DNA from: a virus
Lineage: Duplodnaviria > Caudoviricetes
Reading direction: 5' to 3' (one strand)
DNA length: 64,000 nucleotides
Virus record (IMG/VR): IMGVR_UViG_3300034101_006325
Span: 32,001-96,000 of that record
The notes under the pieces are model-generated. The model saw nothing but the letters and a program-made list of their open reading frames with translations, was not told the origin of the DNA and did no database searches. Both the position numbers and the translations under genes were made by a program. Position 1 is the stretch's first letter, and the number at the start of each line of letters is the position of its first letter. This document shows, piece after piece, positions 39,301 to 48,700 of this stretch.

Positions 39301-40988
39301 TTCGGAATGCTGCTCTTGAGGCTTGAACTGTCGCCCTGCAGAGGCTCATCGAGTATTTGAAATATCCTGATGTCTCCCTCGAATCCTTCGGGCTTGTTGC
39401 CAAAGGCCGGCCTATTTTGCTTAATTTTATCCAGCAATTCTTGAAGCCGACGGGAGGCGGCGGCAACCCTAGGAGAGTCTGAATCGTTCATGGTGTCCAT
39501 CTTGATCGAAGCCATTCCTTTTGACACGAGTTCGACCTTTATTAGGACTTGCCCCACGGCATCGAATGAAAAGGAGGAGTTCATCACGGTGAAGTCTCGC
39601 TGAACCATCATCGTTTGATTGATGAAGTCGTAGTAGTGATTGGAACGATTTGACACGCCACCAATTCGGTCATCTGCTTGGTTAGGAGCGACCCAACCGT
39701 ACGTGAGCCTCACGAACATCCTCTTGGTGCCGGAGTGACCACGCAGGAATTCTGCGAATTCCCCTATCCTGTTCTTATCGTGTAATTTGATGTCGAGTGT
39801 TGCTGTCGTGTGAATAGTGGCGCCTGCTCCTGCATTTTTGAAGGTTATGGCTGCAGCGACTATCGAAGCAGGCGGCAAAAATGGTTTTGAATCTATGAGT
39901 TTTGAAGCACCGTTCGCCTGCAGAGTGTCCATATTGATGAGAGTCTGAGGAGAGGTGAAAAATTCCATGCCTGTCGTGTACAAGGCACCAGGCGATTCAG
40001 GTCCATAAAATTTGGGGGTATTTGAGGTGCCCGAAGACGCAGCAGGCGCAGGTGATCCTGTGCCCGGGGATGCGGGCGATGTTGACACAGCTGCAGATTT
40101 TTTTGCACCAGGTGCTGAAGCTGTCGTGGCAGGTGCGGTGGTCACGGGATCATCAACTTTGTTGAGTGCCCTTGTGTCGCTAAAATTTTTGCTCGTTTGA
40201 GTCAGAGATGCATCTGCAGGATGCAAACTTTTTCTGTCGACCTCGATCGATCCTTGCAAGAACCTGAGGAGCGAAGGAGTGCCGAGGAACCTTCTGTATT
40301 TTTCATCGGAAGCATTCCTGTCGTCGCCCGTGATGAACTCATCGTCGAGCTGCGGCATGATGAACTCCACGTTAAAATGCGGCATCATGTTGCTGGCGAC
40401 GAGAGGCGGCAAATGATTGACAAAGGTCTCGACCGGGACAACATGTCTGGCCGACAGTGATATCAGTGGAGACCTAATGATGGTCATTATGAACTCTCTT
40501 GCCGGGGCTTGATCTCGCGGGGCGCACACCGAGGCATAAAAATTATCAATGGAGACGGCAGCAGGCGGAGGAGAACCGGAAGGCTTGCCAGGCTTGCCAG
40601 GGGCAGGTGGAGCTACGGGGGCAACTTTTGCGCTTGCAGCTGCAGGAGACCAATAGCTCTTACCCGGTGTTGTCCCTTTTTGCTTGTATGATGGTGTATA
40701 ATCTGATTCAAGACCGTCCTGTGCTTGATAGACTGCGCTGATAATGCCTGTTGCAACTACGTCGTTGTTGATACCACCGGGCATGACCCCGTTGAGATCC
40801 CCCGCTGTGTAAACATGCTTAGATTCAGTCTCAAGATCATAGTCAAGAACAAATGCTGACATTGACTTGAGATTATCGTCATCAATTATGCCTCGACCAA
40901 GTCCGGGCCTTATTCTTCCAATTTGGTCTCGGGGGCCGATAAAATTATAAAATCGATCCAGCTCGCTGAAATCACTTGGGTCACTCAT
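36321..40988 (-). CDS. large baseplate hub-like structural protein
   Basis: C-terminal KGCPLI...YSVIQVTHNISLGKFDTSL resembles gp27/gpD hub ends; follows the LysM-like baseplate gene. Confidence 0.55.
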   Translation of the reverse strand: MSDPSDFSELDRFYNFIGPRDQIGRIRPGLGRGIIDDDNLKSMSAFVLDYDLETESKHVYTAGDLNGVMPGGINNDVVATGIISAVYQAQDGLESDYTPSYKQKGTTPGKSYWSPAAASAKVAPVAPPAPGKPGKPSGSPPPAAVSIDNFYASVCAPRDQAPAREFIMTIIRSPLISLSARHVVPVETFVNHLPPLVASNMMPHFNVEFIMPQLDDEFITGDDRNASDEKYRRFLGTPSLLRFLQGSIEVDRKSLHPADASLTQTSKNFSDTRALNKVDDPVTTAPATTASAPGAKKSAAVSTSPASPGTGSPAPAASSGTSNTPKFYGPESPGALYTTGMEFFTSPQTLINMDTLQANGASKLIDSKPFLPPASIVAAAITFKNAGAGATIHTTATLDIKLHDKNRIGEFAEFLRGHSGTKRMFVRLTYGWVAPNQADDRIGGVSNRSNHYYDFINQTMMVQRDFTVMNSSFSFDAVGQVLIKVELVSKGMASIKMDTMNDSDSPRVAAASRRLQELLDKIKQNRPAFGNKPEGFEGDIRIFQILDEPLQGDSSSLKSSIPKKERELLLKKAREFIDQRANQEERLAAIDLLDDVEKYFASSQSLRTEARLEGKSFAYSKFEKCLDANSPDPFLPTANKNEALKNELVNFNGFHPDLIKAIDKVQSSQAMRSDDKYYWEQPPIAQLSAEEQKALDAKIEADKRKGDRRRVVSFGKVFSVFALPAILRIAKDEDIDSVKINFFQMNESCGPMSGINISEFPIDMDMFLGQFADFVAKRGGEAMTLEEFMSFVAETQFADRRSPGYAMSEYYLPYSPVRPQLTQRPDEQVKPQGGGGGGGGGGPQPQGLNAELQMWAESPLKKDEAVQMYIKHYLTKSGGILLATSYNPAMWKLINADYSSLFGGPPLVFDDPKADKIAKLQRYLETKPDPKNSRVQAESIVNFHVNNKLDDNDPKNQSLKKLFNSVLQGKDTISVEFKVNDEKGAPQPSPIFTELKYNDAYNDALDARGGEDKVFDTTRPQADRDADLIFIGTKVRTMMRKDFLATQQAAAGAADAKKQQEENNARQDARAKLTKTSTYAYSQVESSVTMYKAFAFVSPSTQPSKDQLTEFNKLNETEQGILIDLLKDPTQPADTPDSKGQPPPPNPPPASTTNVAFSLPSAEWYEKNSKKKKAEDAKSRAAAGAAAAAAETADAKRWKFANAIGDWFTKWGNLKIPGIAMRVDTMPEGDPIVENLSEKFRLNLTNSEIKTNYKGKSIVMRIDIYDTAASAQHAKLTPSGLLDSNATLEPKTVTVTKGVKGGKTNEVIMQRKPPAYTTVEEKGKDKVALGFTASGGNLQTETFEKYGGLKVLEKFVEPRTGRLHINTNGSLIYNVQLASKTDSLLSTAHMQAGSFKTRSTLAPNGLQMEEYNLPIRVLPAQLSMNVKGCPLIEPYQEYLVDFDTGTSIDNVYSVIQVTHNISLGKFDTSLTFTPIDGYARVISYMNDLERQIEKATTSSPGPQTFAGAGASLVKSAFSPFSSTTTPTEAAGTSGTNSPGAVTDAQREEIFNRTGG

Positions 40989-40989
40989 T

Positions 40990-41289
40990 TTAACCTACCA
41001 ACGATCTGACGTCCTCGAGGCTCGGGACGTTAATTAGAGTGTTGGGTGGAACCTGAAGTCCCCAGCCGATGCCGCTCGCAGCTGCGAGGACCCACCATAG
41101 GCTGGCGTCACCATATAGGACTCCTGCGAGTGTGTCGAGTCGATCGAGCTCGGTGGTCACGATTGTTCGCTGAATCCTCAGATTTCCATTCCGAAGAGCA
41201 TTCCTCAGATAAAAAACCGCGCCAGGAGAAGCCAATCCTTTCCTGTCGTCGGCAAAATTATCCCTCTTGTACCTGCTAAAAGATGCCAT
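40990..41289 (-). CDS. LysM-like baseplate protein (P2 gpX/T4 gp53-like)
   Basis: DRLDTLAGVLYGDASLWWVLAAAS...LINVP. Confidence 0.8.
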   Translation of the reverse strand: MASFSRYKRDNFADDRKGLASPGAVFYLRNALRNGNLRIQRTIVTTELDRLDTLAGVLYGDASLWWVLAAASGIGWGLQVPPNTLINVPSLEDVRSLVG

Positions 41290-41303
41290 TTTAATTACAA
41301 TGT

Positions 41304-44300
41304 TTATAGATGATCATCAGGATTATAACCTGGAATTTCTCTATCCAAGTCTTTTCCTATTACTAACTTAGCACCGAAGCCCCCTAGTCCTGCTATGGGC
41401 TGGTCGCCAACTGAGGCTACTTCACGAGAATATCTATTTGTGCTACTTACTTCTTCTACATGTGACCCAACTTTTTTACTAGGCGGCGGCAATACAGGTC
41501 CTCTTGGAACTCTTGCGTCGACTCCGACAGGATATACTGGTGCTCTATTATGACCCATGCTGTCGAGACCTGGTGTGATATCGTGGATTGGGCTGAAATT
41601 GATGGAGACCTTGCACATTTTAGGTGCCTTTCGATTGGTGTCAGTATCCCATGTCGTGCCGCTCAACCAATCAAAATTGATGGAATCTATAAAACCTGCA
41701 AGACCTTTGCCGCTCATCGTTTTGAAGGATCTAACTATTGCATTGGTTTTGTTTTCTTCTGAAGAAGTTTCAGAAGCAAGGAAATTATTCATTTCATCGT
41801 AATACATTTTTGCTTTGTTGTAGTGAGCAAGGCTTTGTTTTTTAGCAAATTCTGCAGTTAATAATCTTTCAGAGATTACTTCAAGCGAATTTATCAGATC
41901 TTCTTTTTTAAATTTTAATCTAAAATCAAAATTAGAGTATTTGTTTCGATTAGAATTTAGTATTAATTCTGTTAACTGTTGTTCGACAGCTTTATCTGTA
42001 GCCTTATCTGGAGATTTTTCATTTTTCAAAGCATCCGCTTGATATTCAATTAAAATTTTTCTTGCAAGCTTTCTTCTGGCTGCTTCGTCGGTTTCGACAT
42101 TCATGATCATTTCAGCTTCAGTGCTGTTTAATACTTTTTTTATAGCTTTGCGAATTTTTTTTAATTTTTCAACTTCATCAGTATCACTTTTTACTTGATT
42201 AAAAAGATCAATATTGCTGTCATATTTTTGATTATTTAATTTTGCATCATTAGGATCAAAGAGACCAAATATACCTGCAAGGTTGAACTTTGAATAATTG
42301 CTGGCGACGACGTTGCCAATCCTCAACCTGATCATTGGCGCACCCATTGGAGACTGTGTGAATGGTTTTTCGAATCTGTACCCGTCGTTATCAGGATTGA
42401 CGTAGGGTTTTCCCTTCCCAAATTGTGGATAGACCATCGACACCAGCTTGTTGATTTTAAGCCACATGGATTCGAAGTCATGTCTGTCGGTCGAGGCAAT
42501 TATAAAACTAAACGTCAACTTGCGTAAAGTATTTTTGTAGACCTTGACGGGCTCAATTCTGCCGATGCCTTCAGTGGACTCATAATTTGCAGAGTAATCG
42601 TCTGTCAACGTGTTGAGAAAGGCATGAAAGCCCAAGATTTCGTTCGTCCTAAGATCGTGAAAGTAAAAGGGAACATATTCTGAATCAAATTGTCTTTCAA
42701 TCTTTTCTCTCAAGGCAGTCGGAATCCTGTTCTTGCCTTCAGAGATTGCAAATTTAGTTTTTTGCAGCGGGTCGTCGGTGATAAGGCGCCCGGACATCAA
42801 TTTTTCATCAACAGCTGCCAAATTGAACTTAGACTTGGGGATCAAAAATAGGTCGGGAGTCCTATTCGTCGACCATGCCAGCTTTGTGATAGTGTCTTTG
42901 CCGGTGCCCAATCGACTCTTAACGTGAGTCGCGGCGGGATCATTATCGTACATTGCATCTATTGTGGAAATTTTCATGCCAGCGTCGAGATTTGCAACTG
43001 TAACATTCTGTAGATGCACAGTAGAAGTGGGAGATCCTTCGATGGACCCAGCACTAACCTGAGCAGTTGTTGCATCCATTACGAGTCGATCACCGAGTCG
43101 AGCGAAGAGTGCGATTGCTGCAATAAGCCTGGAGTTTCTAATCGTCTCGATGATTTCCACGAGCTGCACGATTGAGCTGATGATGCCGCCCGTTGCGGCT
43201 GCAGCGCCTGCCGAAGGTGCCTTTGTCACGGCACCTGCAATAATTTCGCCGAGCTCCTGGAAAGCCATCGTAATTTTTACAGTCGACCTGACCACTGCTC
43301 GTGCCAATATCGCATAAAATCCTGGATTTTGCAGTGCTGGTGTCGTATTGTTTGAGTTGCCATCACTCAAGGGATTCATCTGGGCAGTCACAGACTCAGC
43401 AACTCCCGGTGTTGCTGTAGTAGGTGTTGCGAGGCCGACAATGTCCTGCGCTCCAAAGAACACTGCCGTGCCTGCGGTCACAGCCTGGGTGAAGTTGCTG
43501 ACAGTGGGTGTGATTCCAAAGAATCTAAGAATTTTCTTGCCGCCCGACTCGTCCACTCCTGGCATGAACATGCTGATAATGTCGTTGGCAGCCATTGATA
43601 TCGGCATGCCGCCCTGATACGAACCTATTCCGTGGCGTCCCTTGTAATATTTTTGATCCACCTTCGCAGGCTTTCCAAAGAACCAGTTCTGCGCTTCCTC
43701 ATCCTGTGCTGCACCTAAAAGTGCAGCTATTCCTGTGATGGCGGCGATTATCACGACGACGAGAGATGCTGACAAGGCGATCATTCCAAATGCCGTGAAG
43801 CCTGAAAACTTCTCGTAGACGCTGTTGACGACGCCCTCGAACGATGAGTTCGGATCGATGTATTGATTCTCAGGCACGGGATTTTTCGTCAAATTCTTCA
43901 GGAGTTCACCGACGTCAAGATCCGTTATCGAACGGGGTATTCCTAGCTGACCAATTCCCGGGAGAAGAGTCCCTGCCTCTGCTGTGGCCGTTGGATCAGC
44001 ACTGCCGCCGTCGACCATGCCTGACAGGTCGCCAGTTGCTCGAAGTTGCAGGAGAGTGCCGAGCTGTGCAAGTCGATCAAAATTAAATGTTCGAGGCGTC
44101 TCAGAATCTGTTCCTGGCGACACGCCAAATTTTAGCCTGTCGGGGGCGACGAAAGTGTCGTAGGGTACGCCTGTGGGTGAAGGTCTATCGAGTCCGGCTG
44201 CTAGTCCCTGGGCAAGGAGGCCAGTCGTTGCAGTATTGCCTCTCAGACCCTGAGAAGTAATGATTGATACTGCTGCCCTGATTGCTTCTGGGTCTTGCAG

Positions 44301-45500
44301 GTTATTTGCATTAAATCGATTCTTCTTCAACACAGCTGATGTGTACTTGTCTACAACATTGTCAGTTCTCTTAACGGTTTTAATGAACTCTTCGCTTTGA
44401 GGAGCTCTAACGGCGACGTTGGGAAGAAGGGTGTGACCGTCCGGTCCTGCGTTGGAAGATTTGCCGCGTCTAATTGCAGAATTTAACTGAACTTCTTTGG
44501 CGACATCAGAGTAGGATGAAGGCAAAACAAATCCAGGCGCAAATTTATAGCTCTGCAGGGTATTTGGGTCCTCAAAGCCCGCCACAAATACCTCTGAACT
44601 CTGATCGTTAGTTGGAGAACGCGGATAGCCTTTTTCATCAACTATGCTGACATCCTTGAACAGAGGATCTGTTTCTCCCTCTATATTTTGATTTGCCGTA
44701 AGCCCTGGATTATACCTGTTGGGTATCGATCCGGGGACGTTGACCTTGCCTTCGATTTGACTCTTGGCATGCGACAGGAATGTTTCCTTCTTTAACTCCC
44801 TCGATGTGGGAGACGAGATGACTTGATCGAACGTTCCCTTGTCCTGTCCTCCAATCCTCACGGCATTTTCGTCGAGGAGTGCTGTGGAATGCAAAGAGTC
44901 TGTGCCGAAAAATTGACCCTTCTCAGCCACAGCCGGATCGTCAAACTTGTTCGTCACGTCGTTGTACAAATTTTTGCTCAACGCCTTGTCTGTATAGCTC
45001 TTGACAGGCTCGTTCAAGCCGATTGCATTCTTTATATAAGGACCGCCTGCTGTGCCGGGGGTCGCTGCATTTGGCAGGAGAGTGTTGCCGTCGTCTCCTT
45101 GACCGCTAGCTATACCTCTTTTGATGCCAGGAGGAGCAGGAGCGCCTATATTCAACTTCTTGAAGAATTTTTCATTGGATGTCTCGCCGAGGGGCATCGG
45201 AGTGCCGTCGGGAGCCGAGAGAGAAATGTTGCTGATGGAAGTCGTCTCACCAGTGCCGACAGGATACACGTTGGGATGGGTCGAGGAGCCGACCTGCGCC
45301 AGCGTAGACTTGCTTAAATACCTTGCGAAAGTCTCCTTGGTGGGCTTTGTGATGTCCTTGACCGAGTTGTCGACATTGATGTTGCCAGGAGACCACGGTC
45401 CTTGGCTGCCGCCCTGAGAATCGGGCAGGCCAACGTCCATAGAATAGACCTTTCCATCGATTTCTATTCCGCCTGTGCCCGTGTCGTTGCTGTTGGCCAT
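41304..45500 (-). CDS. baseplate/tube-initiator-like protein with long N-terminal extension
   Basis: C-terminal FHAFLNTLTDDYSANY...GRIEPVKVY...RKLTFSF and PKMCKVSINF; sits between TMP and LysM genes. Confidence 0.55.
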   Translation of the reverse strand: MANSNDTGTGGIEIDGKVYSMDVGLPDSQGGSQGPWSPGNINVDNSVKDITKPTKETFARYLSKSTLAQVGSSTHPNVYPVGTGETTSISNISLSAPDGTPMPLGETSNEKFFKKLNIGAPAPPGIKRGIASGQGDDGNTLLPNAATPGTAGGPYIKNAIGLNEPVKSYTDKALSKNLYNDVTNKFDDPAVAEKGQFFGTDSLHSTALLDENAVRIGGQDKGTFDQVISSPTSRELKKETFLSHAKSQIEGKVNVPGSIPNRYNPGLTANQNIEGETDPLFKDVSIVDEKGYPRSPTNDQSSEVFVAGFEDPNTLQSYKFAPGFVLPSSYSDVAKEVQLNSAIRRGKSSNAGPDGHTLLPNVAVRAPQSEEFIKTVKRTDNVVDKYTSAVLKKNRFNANNLQDPEAIRAAVSIITSQGLRGNTATTGLLAQGLAAGLDRPSPTGVPYDTFVAPDRLKFGVSPGTDSETPRTFNFDRLAQLGTLLQLRATGDLSGMVDGGSADPTATAEAGTLLPGIGQLGIPRSITDLDVGELLKNLTKNPVPENQYIDPNSSFEGVVNSVYEKFSGFTAFGMIALSASLVVVIIAAITGIAALLGAAQDEEAQNWFFGKPAKVDQKYYKGRHGIGSYQGGMPISMAANDIISMFMPGVDESGGKKILRFFGITPTVSNFTQAVTAGTAVFFGAQDIVGLATPTTATPGVAESVTAQMNPLSDGNSNNTTPALQNPGFYAILARAVVRSTVKITMAFQELGEIIAGAVTKAPSAGAAAATGGIISSIVQLVEIIETIRNSRLIAAIALFARLGDRLVMDATTAQVSAGSIEGSPTSTVHLQNVTVANLDAGMKISTIDAMYDNDPAATHVKSRLGTGKDTITKLAWSTNRTPDLFLIPKSKFNLAAVDEKLMSGRLITDDPLQKTKFAISEGKNRIPTALREKIERQFDSEYVPFYFHDLRTNEILGFHAFLNTLTDDYSANYESTEGIGRIEPVKVYKNTLRKLTFSFIIASTDRHDFESMWLKINKLVSMVYPQFGKGKPYVNPDNDGYRFEKPFTQSPMGAPMIRLRIGNVVASNYSKFNLAGIFGLFDPNDAKLNNQKYDSNIDLFNQVKSDTDEVEKLKKIRKAIKKVLNSTEAEMIMNVETDEAARRKLARKILIEYQADALKNEKSPDKATDKAVEQQLTELILNSNRNKYSNFDFRLKFKKEDLINSLEVISERLLTAEFAKKQSLAHYNKAKMYYDEMNNFLASETSSEENKTNAIVRSFKTMSGKGLAGFIDSINFDWLSGTTWDTDTNRKAPKMCKVSINFSPIHDITPGLDSMGHNRAPVYPVGVDARVPRGPVLPPPSKKVGSHVEEVSSTNRYSREVASVGDQPIAGLGGFGAKLVIGKDLDREIPGYNPDDHL

Positions 45501-45516
45501 GTTGATTTAAACTTCT

Positions 45517-45741
45517 CTATTTAGATATCTTTTTATCCAAAAGTTCGGCCACCTTTTCTGGATTTTCTTGCACTATTTTCTGGGCGTTGAAAAAACCTTG
45601 CACCAACGTCATATAAAACTCTTCCGTAAAAGTTTTTATCTTCTTCCTCTCGCCTTCGTCCTTGACCTTGGACAATATGGCGCCGTACGCATCGTTTGCA
45701 GCCAGATATTTTTCGAATTTTTCTTTTAAGTCTTTATCCAT
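45517..45741 (-). CDS. hypothetical protein
   Basis: 74-aa ORF with GGAG RBS. Confidence 0.6.
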   Translation of the reverse strand: MDKDLKEKFEKYLAANDAYGAILSKVKDEGERKKIKTFTEEFYMTLVQGFFNAQKIVQENPEKVAELLDKKISK

Positions 45742-45762
45742 CGAATTATCTCCAATTAAACG

Positions 45763-48700
45763 TCAGTAATCGTAGGTCGCATAATCCAAAGGTATAATGT
45801 TGGTCCTCAACCTTGCGCCTTCGCGGTCGGATGCAAGGAGGCCTGTCGCATCTCCACCTGTTGACTTCGGCATTGCATTAATCAGCATGTTGAGGCGCTG
45901 CTTGATGATGGACTTGGGGTTGGTTACTATGATCTTCTCGAGCTCGCCGCCGTCGATTGCGATCCTAAAATTAACATTAATATTGACGTCTTTGGCCTGC
46001 ACCTTGTATGCTGCCTGCGAACCCATTGTTTTGCCGAACTTCGATGTGAATGTTTTGAGCTTTGTGTCGATGTCAAACCTGAGGCCTTTGTCCAACGCAC
46101 TGTTCAATCGGCCGGCGGCCTCAACCATCATCTCGACAGCCTCAACTGCAGGAATTAATCCTTCTGCCATGGTAGCTTTGGCATACAAAGCTTTGTCTGT
46201 TATGTTCTGGAACAGGTCGGCATGCTTGGCAAAAGCATTCATGAACAATTCTATATTTCCAAAGGCGGGCTCGGCCGCGCCGATGTTGCTCAAATCTTGA
46301 CCTGCTAGACTGGTGAGGGCCGCGTTGATGCCTGGTGCATTTGTGCTCAGCGAATTCATGAAATTTTTCGTGGCTTCAATGGTTTCAATCATGTAACCCA
46401 CATTGCTTGCCGATAAAATGCCGCCTACTTTTATTATTCCTTCAAAAATCTCTCCTGATAATTCTGGTGTTGCGAGGCGGACAAACAATTGACCAATTGC
46501 CCTAAATTGTTCGATTATTGTGTTGATGTCATCAACTGCGATGCCTCCGCTCTTATAATCTTTGAGTGCAGTCGCAGCCCACGCAGCCGCTGTAATAACA
46601 TTGAATGCACCAATCGTAACTTCCAGCTTTTTACTTATGTCGCCGATGCCAGCAAACTTCGTCCCAATAACGTCGACGGCCGTCAAGAAAGCCTGAAAAT
46701 CATTCGTTGTTATAAAATCTTTGTTGAGTACATCCAGGACTCTCGCGACCTTTTTGACGCTTTCAATTAAGCTCATTATGGCATCTTGATCAACTGACGC
46801 CATCTGGCGAGGCATGTCAAAAGTCATCGTACCCACCTGCGACATCAATGCGAAGATGTTGCGAAGAGTATTGATATTTAAATCAAATTTACCGCCAGGC
46901 AATTGACTGATAGCAGCAATTGCAGGTCCCAAGCTTTTTATTATCGATGGAAGCACTTCGCCTAGCGATTTTAAGATCTCTGTTACTACGCCACTGATGT
47001 CTTTTATGAATTTAAGTGCAGATTGAGCAGCAGCATCGTCGGGTGTTTTGCCCGACAACGTCGTGTCGATTAGTTTAAAAATAAATTCAAACACTGAGCT
47101 TAAGACGTTCGTGACAGCAGACAGCGCCTGAATCGCAGAAGAATCAACGTAAGTCACAGAAGAAATTATTTTTTTAATCTGATTGCCTGCAACATCGAGG
47201 ATGCCGCCGGGGCGACCTAGCTCTTGTATTACGCCTGTCGTGTAACGATTCATCGCATCAATCACTTTAGGCAATTTCTCAAAGTCGCTCTTGTCTATTT
47301 TCTCAAAAGCTTTGACAAGGCCCGGCGCCGATGCTGCTGTGATGATTGACGCGAGGCCCGACAGCATAGAACCGAATGCGGTGATCACCTGAGGATTTCC
47401 ACTGAAATCTTTTATTTTTGGGTCGTTGATAATGTCGACAATTTCTTTTACAAATTCTTTCAGAATGTCCTTCATTTGCCTGAAGTTTCTGGTTACTTGC
47501 TCGACGATGCTGATAACATATGGTGCACTGTCGGCATCCACACCCTTAAGACTGACGGCGGCGCCCGAGGTGAAGGCCTGAGCCACCTTGGCAGCAGTAT
47601 CGAGCGCCTTGGAAAGAACATCTACGCCTTTGGCAACTTCAGGATTATACCCAACCTTAATTGCCAGATCGACGACCAATTTTATCAAAGTCTCCAATTT
47701 GTTGAACGTGTCCTTTATGATTCCGTTGACAGTCTCGAGAAGTTTCTGTCTTGTGCCGCCGTCGTCGATGTCCTCGAGATTGAGTGCTGTGAACATCCCG
47801 GGAAAGGCTGAAGTCAACTTGGCAATATTACCAAGCATGTTGCTGAGTGCATCGACCTTCTGTTCAGTTCCATCGGGTATTTTCTTTGCTTCATTGACTA
47901 TAATCTCTGCCAAGCCAACCAAGTCTTCAAGAGCCCCTTCGACTGTTTCAATGCCTACTTCGAGCGCAATGTAAGCCGCGCCAAATGTTCCTATCATGAC
48001 AGCGCCAACTGCTATGAATGCAAGAAGTGACATCATGGCAACAATCATCGTTGCGGCTATGAGACCGAGGGCGAATGCAGAATTTTTTATTTCTTCAGGC
48101 GTAAACTTAGCCTTTTTGACTTCGTCGACGAGCAACCTGCCCAGCTCAACAAGTGCGATGATGGTGAGACCTAATGCCACTAAGCCAGCTGCCAAGGCCG
48201 CAAGGCCCGCGCCGCCTGTGAAAATTAAAATGGCGCCGACAGCCATGAGACCAATCATGGCAATAGACGCAACAATGGCGGCGGCGGCGATGGCAGCGAT
48301 TACTGCTGCTCCTATGAGAAGCTTCGCTGGATCTGCGGCACTAACAAGGGCACCAATCAGGAAGCCTATTCCAACGAGAGCGACCATTCCTAAGCCTAAC
48401 GCGAGAAGTCCTGCCGCCAAACCTGCAGGATCCACCTTTATCTTCGAGATAATCCACATTGCTCCGGCGCCGATCACCATAGCACCCATGATTGCCAACA
48501 TCACTGCAGCTCCGGCAAGCACAGTCTGTGGTTCATACTGACTGGCAATTGCAACGATTGCTGCGAATGCCAAAGTTCCTACTGCCATGAACATCGCAAA
48601 GCCTGCAACAAATTTTAAGATTGTAGACCAACTGACCTTTATCTCAAGATTTTTAAGAGCATCACCTGTGCCGCTGCCGATGTCAGGAATAATAGATCTT

